DNA of 61,106 nt, filler included. It is 3 parts of 3 records of this genome, joined end to end, with 100 filler letters (N's around TTAATTAATTAA, not from the genome) between each part and the next. Parts side by side here need not be neighbours in the genome. Positions count along the whole stretch, not along the records: positions 26,822 to 34,878 come from DRR378314_437; positions 34,979 to 61,106 come from DRR378314_439; 1 more part is not named here. One strand, written 5' to 3'. The translations under genes and the position numbers were made by a program. Numbering within the stretch: position 1 is the first letter of the stretch; each line of letters begins with the position of its first letter. This document shows, in pieces, positions 29,309-38,398 of the stretch. The notes under the pieces are model-generated. The model was given only the letters and a program-made list of their open reading frames with translations, ran no database searches and had not been told where the DNA came from.

Positions 29309-29562
29309 TTGTGCACACTATAGAAACACGCAATACACAATGCAAGCGCCGCGAACAGCGCCACACCCGGGAAAGTTCCTTTTATGACAAGAGGTTACGG
29401 AACAAGGTTGGCAACAGGCTGGAGATTACGAAAAAGAAAAACCTAAAAATCAATCACCTGCAGACAGTTCTGAAGATGACAAGTGAGCTCTAAGATTTTT
29501 TGGCTATAAAAGCTGGCTGGTGAGAATGACAAATGTCACATCAAGCAGGGGGGAGAAAAAAA

Positions 29563-29918
<356 letters not shown>

Positions 29919-30012
29919 GGGCGAGACCATACTCCAGCCTGGGACGCCAGGCAAGAAAAAACGCCTGGCTCTCCATGGATACCCTGATCGTGCATATACA
30001 GATGCAACAGCA

Positions 30013-30876
30013 TCAGGCCTTAAGTGACAAAGCTCGCTGGTAGAGCTCGTTCTTGGAGAGGCCTGTAAGCTCAGAGGCCAGTTTCGCCGCTTTCTTGACC
30101 GGCAACTCGGTCAATAGCACCCCCAATACCCGGTCCGCCTCCGCCTCCCCTGCAGATAGCTCCTCTGAACTCGCACCGTGAACCATCACCACGAATTCAC
30201 CACGGCTACCATGGGGATCTGCCTCCAGGCTCTGCCTGACGAGAGCCGATGCCCCCGCGTAAAACGTCTCGAACGTCTTGGTCAATTCCCGGGCCAGGAC
30301 CAACTCGCGCTCCGCCCCCATTACTTGCTCGATGTCCTTCACCGTATCAACAATACGGTGAGGCGACTCATAGAACACCAACGTGGCCGACTCTTTCATC
30401 AGGCGCTCCAGTGCAGCCCTGCGCGCCCCTGACTTTGAAGGCAGAAACCCCTCGAACAGAAATCGGTCCGTTGGCAACCCTGCAGCACTGAGTGCCGATA
30501 TAAGTGCACAGGCACCGGGTACCGGTGTGACACGATAGCCACGAGCCCTCGCCTCGCGCACCAGAACAAAGCCTGGGTCAGAGATTAACGGCGTCCCTGC
30601 GTCGGAAATCAGGGCCACATCCTCAGCGGCCGCAAGCCTGTCCAGAACCTGGCCAGCCCGGTCCCGCTCGTTGTGTTCGTGCAAGGCCATCATCGGCTTA
30701 CTGATTCCAAGATGCTGCAACAACCGGCCGCTGTGCCGGGTGTCTTCGGCGGCGATCACAGCCACCCGGGACAAAACGGCGGCGGCCCTGGGAGACATAT
30801 CGTCCAGGTTGCCAATGGGCGTAGCAACGATATACAGGGTGCCACCCTGTTCTGACAGCACATTCTCTGACTTCAC
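30013..30876 (-). CDS. rsmI: 16S rRNA C1402 2'-O-methyltransferase
   Basis: LYIVATPIGNL, AEDTR, SDAGTPLISDPG, YESPHR, RELTK. Confidence 0.97.
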   Translation of the reverse strand: MKSENVLSEQGGTLYIVATPIGNLDDMSPRAAAVLSRVAVIAAEDTRHSGRLLQHLGISKPMMALHEHNERDRAGQVLDRLAAAEDVALISDAGTPLISDPGFVLVREARARGYRVTPVPGACALISALSAAGLPTDRFLFEGFLPSKSGARRAALERLMKESATLVFYESPHRIVDTVKDIEQVMGAERELVLARELTKTFETFYAGASALVRQSLEADPHGSRGEFVVMVHGASSEELSAGEAEADRVLGVLLTELPVKKAAKLASELTGLSKNELYQRALSLKA

Positions 30877-31061
30877 ACATCCCTCTCTTTGGCCCTGCGA
30901 ATGACACCAACGTCATGTGAATTCACGTGGGAGCTGTTAAACTTGCGGCCTGATAAATCAAACCATTTTTGGGAAGCCCGGCGGGCATCAGGGCTCCCGG
31001 CATGATGCCGCCGATTATCCGGCGCCACAAGCGTTATAACCCGGAGTACTGTGAGCCAGCC

Positions 31062-32933
31062 ATGACCAAATACCGCCAGAACCTGAAAACCATCGCTACT
31101 CTCCTGGCCCTGACAGTGTTGTTTGCGGGTTGCGCGACCGTGAACCTGGAATCGCACATTGCCAAGACTGCCGGAGAAGCCCTTGAGGTGGCGTCCAGCG
31201 AAACCGACAGGCAAAGCGCCCAGGCGTACCTGTTGCGCGCAGCAGACAGATTCCAGACCCAGAACGAACACCGGGATGCCAGAAAATTACTCCAGAGTGA
31301 GCAGTTCTCATCGGCCACGGAAGCAACAGAAAACCAACGACTCCTGCTGTCCATGGCCAGCGCTACGGCGCTTGAGGACGGCAGATGGGCAAAGGATATT
31401 GTATCCAGCATTAAACCGGATCATTTCCTCAACTACGACAGAAGCCTGATCAACCGCGCGGCCCGTCTGCAAGAACAGACTTATCGACTTGCCGGAGATA
31501 ATCTGGCGGCCGCCATTACCCTGATCCTGCTGTCGGGAGCGGACACCAACGCCAACACACAATCCGTCCATGACGACATCTGGAAGAACCTGAAACAGAC
31601 ATCCGATACCCAGCTCGCTGACAGGGAGGGTCGCGCTATTGGCTATGAAGCCCAGGGCTGGCTGGAACTGGCCGGCATTCTCCGACAGCCGGGCGCCAAC
31701 CTCGACGAGCAGGGCCGAATGATCCGCAGCTGGCAAAACAACTGGCCGGATCATCCTGCCGCCGGGGTTTTACCTGCCGAATTGCAACTGATTGCCAGCC
31801 TTGCAGACAGCCGGCCTGAAAAGATCACCCTGGCATTACCATTGAGCGGCCCCTTATCCAGCGCAGGCGCAGCCATCCGGGATGGCTTTTTTGCTGCTTA
31901 CTACGAAGATGAGTCCGCCGAGCGCGGTAAGATCAGCATCCGGGTCGTTGACACCTCAGATCGAAACTTTCGTTCGCTTTACAACGAACTGACCAGCGAA
32001 GAACAGGACCTGATTGTTGGCCCCCTGGAGAAGGAATCCCTGGCCACGCTCGCCGACATGTCCACCCTGCCGGTGCCAGTTCTTGGCTTGAATTATCTGC
32101 CACAGGATGCCACCGCGCCTGACGGGCTTTACCAATTCGGCCTGTCGGCAGAAGACGAAGCCAGACAAATTGCCAACCGGCTTAATGCCGAAGGCATTGA
32201 CCAGGTGCTTGTACTCATCCCGATGGGAAACTGGGGGGACCGGCTGGAAAATGCGCTGCTTGAACAGTTGAAGCAAAATGACGGCATGGCGCTGGATATC
32301 GAGCGCTACTTCAGAGAGGACAATCTTCGGGCCGTGACCGCGGACCTGCTTGGCATCACGGTGTCCCGTGACCGGGCCATTGATGTTGAACGTACTGCCG
32401 GCATCGATGTGGAGTTCGAGCCTCGTCGGCGGCAGGATGCCGACGGCATTATCATGGTTGCGGAGCCGACAATCGCGCGGCAATTCAAACCACTCTTTGC
32501 CTTCTATTTCGGCGGCGACCTCCCCGTTTACTCACCGTCCATGGTCTATGAGGGCAACCCGGACCCGTCACGGGACCGGGACCTGAACGGTGTTACCTTT
32601 ACCGATACCCCCTGGGTGCTTGAAGAAAACAATCACTTCCGCGACACCGTAAAGGAAGCCATGCCTGATATCAGGGGGCAGCTTGGCCGACTGTTCGCCA
32701 TGGGAGCCGATGCCTGGAAGCTCAGCAAACGATTGCCACTCCTGAGGCAGGTCGATGGCGCAACCATCGACGGCCAGACCGGTGTACTGACAATGACACC
32801 CCAGGGCAGCGTCCACCGGGAGCAACTCTGGGCCCGATTCAGTGAGGGAACGCCAAAACGGCTACCACCGCTGAACCCCAAAGACGGGCTCTCCGAAAAG
32901 CCAGGCACGGAGCGTACCTCCAACCCAAACTAA
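31062..32933 (+). CDS. lpoA: Penicillin-binding protein activator LpoA (LppC family lipoprotein)
   Basis: Lipobox LFAGC, LPLSG..G.AIRDGF, VGPLEK, FGLSAEDEA, RLFAMGADA; divergent from rsmI. Confidence 0.92.
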   Translation: MTKYRQNLKTIATLLALTVLFAGCATVNLESHIAKTAGEALEVASSETDRQSAQAYLLRAADRFQTQNEHRDARKLLQSEQFSSATEATENQRLLLSMASATALEDGRWAKDIVSSIKPDHFLNYDRSLINRAARLQEQTYRLAGDNLAAAITLILLSGADTNANTQSVHDDIWKNLKQTSDTQLADREGRAIGYEAQGWLELAGILRQPGANLDEQGRMIRSWQNNWPDHPAAGVLPAELQLIASLADSRPEKITLALPLSGPLSSAGAAIRDGFFAAYYEDESAERGKISIRVVDTSDRNFRSLYNELTSEEQDLIVGPLEKESLATLADMSTLPVPVLGLNYLPQDATAPDGLYQFGLSAEDEARQIANRLNAEGIDQVLVLIPMGNWGDRLENALLEQLKQNDGMALDIERYFREDNLRAVTADLLGITVSRDRAIDVERTAGIDVEFEPRRRQDADGIIMVAEPTIARQFKPLFAFYFGGDLPVYSPSMVYEGNPDPSRDRDLNGVTFTDTPWVLEENNHFRDTVKEAMPDIRGQLGRLFAMGADAWKLSKRLPLLRQVDGATIDGQTGVLTMTPQGSVHREQLWARFSEGTPKRLPPLNPKDGLSEKPGTERTSNPN

Positions 32934-32952
32934 CGATCAGGACACCAATGCC

Positions 32953-33327
32953 ATGGACGGCAGCAAAACAACGCGAAAAGCCACCGGAGACCACGCCGAA
33001 GGGGTCGCCGCGCGCTACCTGCAGACCCGAGGCATTATTATTCTTGCACGCAACGTCTTCAGCCGCGGCGGGGAAATCGACCTCATTGGGCGCGACAACA
33101 GCACCTTGGTTTTCTTCGAAGTGCGATACCGGGGGACCGGCAGCCTGACCGGCGCTGCCGAGTCCATAACCCCTGTAAAGCGAAAGCGCATTATCCGTGC
33201 CGCTTCGTATTACCTCCACAGGCATGGGCTGTGGAATGCGACCTCAAGAATCGATGTCATTGCAATCGCACCGGGCGAACGTAAAAAATACCGGATACAA
33301 TGGATTAAAAACGCCATTCAGGTCTGA
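32953..33327 (+). CDS. yraN: YraN family protein (UPF0102)
   Basis: GGEIDLI..LVFFEVRYR, RIDVIAI. Confidence 0.93.
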   Translation: MDGSKTTRKATGDHAEGVAARYLQTRGIIILARNVFSRGGEIDLIGRDNSTLVFFEVRYRGTGSLTGAAESITPVKRKRIIRAASYYLHRHGLWNATSRIDVIAIAPGERKKYRIQWIKNAIQV

Positions 33328-33329
33328 CT

Positions 33330-33920
33330 ATGACGGATACCGAACAACAGATAAACCAGTGGTTCGCCAACCATATGGAACACACGGCACACACTGCCAG
33401 CCTGACGGCGCCCGCCATCGAGAAGGCCTCGGATGCATTGGTCAACACACTGCTAAACGATGGCAAAATCATTACCTGCGCCAATGGCAATGCCAACGTG
33501 CTGACACAGTACTTCTGCACCGCTCTGTTAAACCGTTTTGAGCATGATCGTCCGGCACTACCTGCCATCAATCTGGGAGCGGATGCCACGACATACTCGG
33601 CCATCTGCCGTGACAACCGCTTCAATGACACCTTCTCAAGACAGGTTCGCGCTATTGGCAAAGCCAACGACCTGCTCCTGGTCGTGGTGGATGACGGCCA
33701 TAAGGCGAACCTGATCCAGGCCATACAGGCTGCTCACGACCGCGAAATGAATGTGGTGGTGCTCAGTGCCAAGGAAAAAACCGACATCACCTCGTTACTT
33801 CATCCGGAAGACCATGAAATCGCACTGGACAACCTCTCCCCTACAGCGGCAACTCCCATTCTACTAGTGGTGATTAATGCCTTGTGCGGCCTGATCGACG
33901 AAAAACTGTTTGGTGGGTAA
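33330..33920 (+). CDS. SIS-domain DiaA/GmhA-family protein with degenerate active-site motifs
   Basis: NRFEHDRPALPAI, FSRQVRAIG, AIQAAHDREM motifs; position after yraN. Confidence 0.85.
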   Translation: MTDTEQQINQWFANHMEHTAHTASLTAPAIEKASDALVNTLLNDGKIITCANGNANVLTQYFCTALLNRFEHDRPALPAINLGADATTYSAICRDNRFNDTFSRQVRAIGKANDLLLVVVDDGHKANLIQAIQAAHDREMNVVVLSAKEKTDITSLLHPEDHEIALDNLSPTAATPILLVVINALCGLIDEKLFGG

Positions 33921-33922
33921 AC

Positions 33923-33953
33923 AAAAAAGCCAGCTGTTGTAGCAGCTGGCTTT
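33923..33953. terminator. Rho-independent terminator between convergent genes
   Basis: AAAAAAGCCAGCTG-loop-CAGCTGGCTTT. Confidence 0.8.
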
Positions 33954-33987
33954 CCGAACGTACCTAAGCGCTCCCGTCACGAACGCG

Positions 33988-34431
33988 CTATTTCACAACC
34001 TTAAGGGTTGGCCGACCACTGGGGCGATCTCCACCCTGACCACTGTCGCCACTGCCCTGCTCGGAATCCTTGCCGCCAGGTCCTTCCGGATCGGGTGAAC
34101 CCGGCTCACTCCCAAAGACCATCCCCTCACCGTTCTCCTTGGCATACACCGCCATAACAGCTTGCAAGGGGATAAAGACCTGCATGGGAACGCCGCCAAA
34201 ACGTGCGCTGAATTCCAGGGCGCCATTACCAATCACCAGGCCACGTACGGCTCCAGGGCTGATATTGAGCACGATCTGACCATTGGCAACATGCTCAGTC
34301 GGAACCTGAACGCCCTGCACCCCCGCGTCCACAACAATGTACGGCGTGCAGTCGTTGTCGAGGATCCACTCGTTGAATGCCCGAACGAGGTAGGGACGGC
34401 TTGATGTCATGGTTATCTTACTATCAGGCAC
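33988..34431 (-). CDS. sspB: ClpXP adaptor SspB
   Basis: RPYLVRAFNEWILDN, FSARFGG, YAKENGEG, C-terminal RPTLKVVK. Confidence 0.96.
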   Translation of the reverse strand: MPDSKITMTSSRPYLVRAFNEWILDNDCTPYIVVDAGVQGVQVPTEHVANGQIVLNISPGAVRGLVIGNGALEFSARFGGVPMQVFIPLQAVMAVYAKENGEGMVFGSEPGSPDPEGPGGKDSEQGSGDSGQGGDRPSGRPTLKVVK

Positions 34432-34466
34432 TGCCTTTCTCCTGAACCGGTTTCAGGCGCTGCATA

Positions 34467-34878
34467 TCAATTACGGATATCTTCTTCCAGGTCCGAGAGG
34501 CTTGCTTTGAAACCTTCACGGCTGAATATGCTATCCATATACTTTTGAAGCGGCTTCGCCTGCTTTTCATTCAACTCAATGCCCAACGACGGCAAACGCC
34601 ATAAAATCGGAGCAATACAGCAATCCACAATCGTGAACTCTTCCGACAGGAAGAAGGGCATTTCACCAAACAGCGGCGCAGTGGCCAGCAAGCTTTCGCG
34701 CAGCTCTTTACGTGCTGCGTCCGATGCCTTGGCGTTGGGCTGCGCCAGGATCTGATCCACCAAACCACACCAGTCTTTCTGGATGCGATGAATCATCAGG
34801 CGGCTGTTAGCCCGGGCGACAGGGTATACCGGCAGCAACGGCGGATGCGGGAAACGCTCATCCAGATACTCCATCATG
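34467..34878 (-). CDS. sspA: Stringent starvation protein A; 5' part lost at contig end
   Basis: [33 protein letters not shown]; upstream of sspB. Confidence 0.95.
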
Positions 34879-34978
34879 NNNNNNNNNNNNNNNNNNNNNN
34901 NNNNNNNNNNNNNNNNNNNNNNTTAATTAATTAANNNNNNNNNNNNNNNNNNNNNNNNNNNNNNNNNNNNNNNNNNNN
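34879..34978. other. Artificial contig spacer
   Basis: N44-TTAATTAATTAA-N44; abrupt GC-rich to AT-rich switch. Confidence 0.97.
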
Positions 34979-35005
34979 ACGGCTGACGGCTGACGGCTGA
35001 CGGCT
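34979..35005 (+). repeat. Heptamer tandem repeat (ACGGCTG)n at contig end
   Basis: ACGGCTG x3 plus ACGGCT, cut by the spacer. Confidence 0.85.
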
Positions 35006-35019
35006 AAAAATACTCCTTT

Positions 35020-36036
35020 TTACCATTTCGCATAATGATCTTCGGTAAAGCCCCACTCGCCATTGAGTGTAATCACTTCATTTTCGAGGGTGATTTGGCC
35101 ATAAAAACGACCGAAGTGTTGAGTAAAGTTGCTAGCGATGATAAGTAAGTTAGTTTTATCGTGGCGGTTACCTACAGGCTCAAAGGTTAGGTTTATGATG
35201 CCGTCGTTTGAGCGCAACTGCCATTGTCTGCAATCGTTTTTATCACCATAACGCTGAAACTTAAAATCGACCATGTCTATTTTTATTAAAGAGTTATCAA
35301 GCCACAACGCATTTTCAGTAAAGCCTGTTTCTACAACGCCTGCTGCAAGGTTTAGACCTAAACGGCGCCCATCTGTTAAAGTACAAGCTAAACTCCCCCA
35401 GTTCCAAAATGTTTCTCGGCGCATAAAGCCTGCACTCCAATCAACACATGCCAACGCGTTTACTTGCTCAAGGTTGATATGTTTACCTCGCCAGTCGACC
35501 GTGCCTGAACAAGGTAGTGCTGCAACTTTCTGTGTAAAGTGAAAACCAGTAAAACCCGCTCTTGCACAAACCGTAAGCGGGTTGTAATTTACTGACTCAT
35601 CAATGACAGCCTTTATTTTAAGTCCTGCGTTTAAGCGTACTGTGATTTTTCGCAAACCTGATTCAGCACTGAGCGTGACACTATTCCCACCTTTATGAAA
35701 ATGCGCCTTGCCTGAGTTTGGCGTTGTATCAATGTAAGTACTCATCGCGAATAAATTGGTAAAGCTAAACTCCTCAAATTCACCTGTGCTTGGGTGATAC
35801 ACATAGGCAAAGCAGTTGCTAGCAATTTTCAAGTCAACAATCGCCAAGCCAATAATAAGAGTTTCACACGTAAAACTTATAAACTGAAACTGATTAAATT
35901 TTAGCTTTTTCGCAAACGAGCTGGTTACCTTGCCCATGCTGTTGCGCAAGTCAAAATCCATATAGTTAATATGTTCAATCCCTTGCTCAAACACGCCAAA
36001 CTGCGCATTACCACGGTGATCGATTAGTTTTTTCAT
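35020..36036 (-). CDS. DUF2804-family protein
   Basis: DWSAGFMRRETFWNW, GFTENALW, ASNFTQHFG, C-terminal GFTEDHYAKW; family recognised from memory. Confidence 0.75.
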   Translation of the reverse strand: MKKLIDHRGNAQFGVFEQGIEHINYMDFDLRNSMGKVTSSFAKKLKFNQFQFISFTCETLIIGLAIVDLKIASNCFAYVYHPSTGEFEEFSFTNLFAMSTYIDTTPNSGKAHFHKGGNSVTLSAESGLRKITVRLNAGLKIKAVIDESVNYNPLTVCARAGFTGFHFTQKVAALPCSGTVDWRGKHINLEQVNALACVDWSAGFMRRETFWNWGSLACTLTDGRRLGLNLAAGVVETGFTENALWLDNSLIKIDMVDFKFQRYGDKNDCRQWQLRSNDGIINLTFEPVGNRHDKTNLLIIASNFTQHFGRFYGQITLENEVITLNGEWGFTEDHYAKW

Positions 36037-36176
36037 GATCAGTAGAGCCCGTTTAGTATCAGCATTTAGCTAATTTGGGTAGAGAATACAAGCTACTTTA
36101 TTAGCCAGTACCCAATATATGTAATAAGGTATGCAGGCATGCTTTAAAGTTAGCACTTAATATTAGGGATTAATAT

Positions 36177-38207
36177 ATGACGAAAAAGACATTCCGCTCA
36201 ACTCTTTTGCTGCCTGTATTTTTACCTGCAGTTATCATCATCTTATGTTTAGTACTTGGCACTATCAGTAACCCCGAACTGGCCGGTGAAGCATTCAGTG
36301 TGACCTTATCATGGATAACAGAAACCTTTGGTTGGTTTTACATGTTGTCTGTCGCTATTTTCTTGGTTTTTATTGTCTCAGTTGCCGCCTCTAGTTGGGG
36401 CAATATTAAGCTTGGACCTGACCATGCACAGCCCCAGTACAGTTTTCCTGAATGGTTTGCCATGCTTTTCTCTGCTGGCTACGGTGTGGCTTTACTTTAT
36501 TTTGGCGTTGCTGAACCCGTTTTACACTATGCCTCACCGCCAAGTGGCTCAGCAGAAACGGTGGATGCAGCTAAACAAGCAATGCAAATTGCCTTTTTTC
36601 ATTGGGGCTTTCATATCTGGGCTATATACGGCATTGTAGGATTAGTACTTGCTTACTTTGCTTTTCGCCATGGCCTACCATTATCGATACGCTCTGCTTT
36701 ATATCCTCTGATTGGTGATAAAATTCACGGCCCTATTGGTCATACAGTGGATGTCTTTGCCATCTTAGGCACTCTATTTGGTATTGCCACCACATTAGGC
36801 TTATCAGTAACGCAAATCAACGCGGGATTACATTACTTATGGCCTAGTATTCCTGTTAATACCACGGTACAAATTATAGCCATAGCTTTGATAACAGGAG
36901 CGGCGACCATCTCGGTTGTAGCAGGCATGGATAAGGGGGTTAAGCGCCTGTCTATGTTAAATATGGTGCTGGCAATCACATTGATGACATTTGTCTTTTT
37001 TGTCGGTTCAAGTATTCATATTTTAGAATCGTTTTTGCAAAACACCGGAAGTTACTTAAGTGGTATTGTTGAACGAACATTTAACTTACAAGCCTATAGC
37101 CGCAGTGACTGGATAGGCAATTGGACCTTGTTTATATTTGGCTGGACTATCGCATGGGCCCCGTTTGTAGGAATGTTTATTGCAAAAATTAGCCGAGGAC
37201 GCACAATTAGGCAGTTTGTTGTAGGCGTGATGCTAGTGCCAACGATATTCACCTTTTTATGGTTTTCTGTGTTTGGTGATACTGCACTTAACTTAATAAT
37301 GAACGAGGGCTTTAATACGCTAATTGTCGATGTTCAAGCTAATCATGCCGTTGCATTATTTCAGCTATTTGAAGCGCTACCTTGGTCATTTTTTATCTCG
37401 TTAGTAACCGTAATTCTTATTATTACATTTTTCGTCACATCATCCGATTCAGGCTCATTGGTTATTGATTCACTTGCTTCAGGCGGCAGTCTAGACACCC
37501 CAGCTTGGCAGCGCGTTTTTTGGGCTGTATTAGAGGGCACAGTTGCATCAGTACTATTACTTGCCGGTGGTTTGAGTGCGCTACAAACAATGACCATAGC
37601 CAGTGCATTGCCATTTGCTGTGATCATGTTACTTGCAACTGCTGGATTATGGCGGGCTTTGCGAATCGAAGGACACAGAGACTCCAGCTTACAAGCACAT
37701 ACATTGACCAACAAAAGCCCAGAACTTACACATTGGAAGCGGCGCTTAGCTGCGATGGTCAGCTACCCTAATAAGAGCGACGTGCATACTTTTATCAGCC
37801 AAATTGTTATTGCCGCGATGGAATCTGTACAAGCCGAATTGAAAACCCGTCAATGGCAAGCCGTCGTTGAATTTGACGACTTAATGGGCCGTGCTTTTCT
37901 AACTGTGTTAAGGCATGATCATGTAGATTTTGTGTATGATATTAGACTAACAGAACACGCAACCCCAAGCTTTGCTTACGCTGAGTTAAAACCCACTGAG
38001 GATGACCCTCAGCTTTATTATCGTGCCGAAGTGTTTTTACGCCGAGGCGGTTTATCTTACGATATTTATGGCTTTAATGAAGATGATATTGTTAAAGATA
38101 TACTCGATCAATTTGAAAACTACCTACACTTTTTAGACAACAGTCCTGGAGAACTGCCGTGGGACATGACAAAACACGACGAGATGTTAGATTCCGATAA
38201 AGGCTAA
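36177..38207 (+). CDS. BCCT-family choline/glycine betaine transporter with long C-terminal domain (BetT-like)
   Basis: WFAMLFSAG, GVAEP, FFHWGFHIW, WTIAWAPFVGMFIAKISRGRT, FFVTSSDS. Confidence 0.93.
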   Translation: MTKKTFRSTLLLPVFLPAVIIILCLVLGTISNPELAGEAFSVTLSWITETFGWFYMLSVAIFLVFIVSVAASSWGNIKLGPDHAQPQYSFPEWFAMLFSAGYGVALLYFGVAEPVLHYASPPSGSAETVDAAKQAMQIAFFHWGFHIWAIYGIVGLVLAYFAFRHGLPLSIRSALYPLIGDKIHGPIGHTVDVFAILGTLFGIATTLGLSVTQINAGLHYLWPSIPVNTTVQIIAIALITGAATISVVAGMDKGVKRLSMLNMVLAITLMTFVFFVGSSIHILESFLQNTGSYLSGIVERTFNLQAYSRSDWIGNWTLFIFGWTIAWAPFVGMFIAKISRGRTIRQFVVGVMLVPTIFTFLWFSVFGDTALNLIMNEGFNTLIVDVQANHAVALFQLFEALPWSFFISLVTVILIITFFVTSSDSGSLVIDSLASGGSLDTPAWQRVFWAVLEGTVASVLLLAGGLSALQTMTIASALPFAVIMLLATAGLWRALRIEGHRDSSLQAHTLTNKSPELTHWKRRLAAMVSYPNKSDVHTFISQIVIAAMESVQAELKTRQWQAVVEFDDLMGRAFLTVLRHDHVDFVYDIRLTEHATPSFAYAELKPTEDDPQLYYRAEVFLRRGGLSYDIYGFNEDDIVKDILDQFENYLHFLDNSPGELPWDMTKHDEMLDSDKG

Positions 38208-38217
38208 CTTAACCATC

Positions 38218-38242
38218 AAGCCTCTTATATATTAAGGGGCTT
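38218..38242 (+). terminator. Rho-independent terminator
   Basis: AAGCCTCTTA-TATAT-TAAGGGGCTT followed by ACTTTT. Confidence 0.7.
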
Positions 38243-38398
38243 ACTTTTAATTAAATTGTTACAGAGTATTACAAAAACACACTTTATCGCTGTTATTTTG
38301 CCGTCTAGCGCTAACACTGACACATCCCCCATTTACACCACTGGTAATTTATTTACCTGCCACTACAATGCAGCAAACGCAATATTGGAACAGCCACT

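Noticed and set aside
34979..35005. Repeat as a CRISPR array edge
   Set aside because: 7-bp tandem unit with no spacers, and no cas genes in the window
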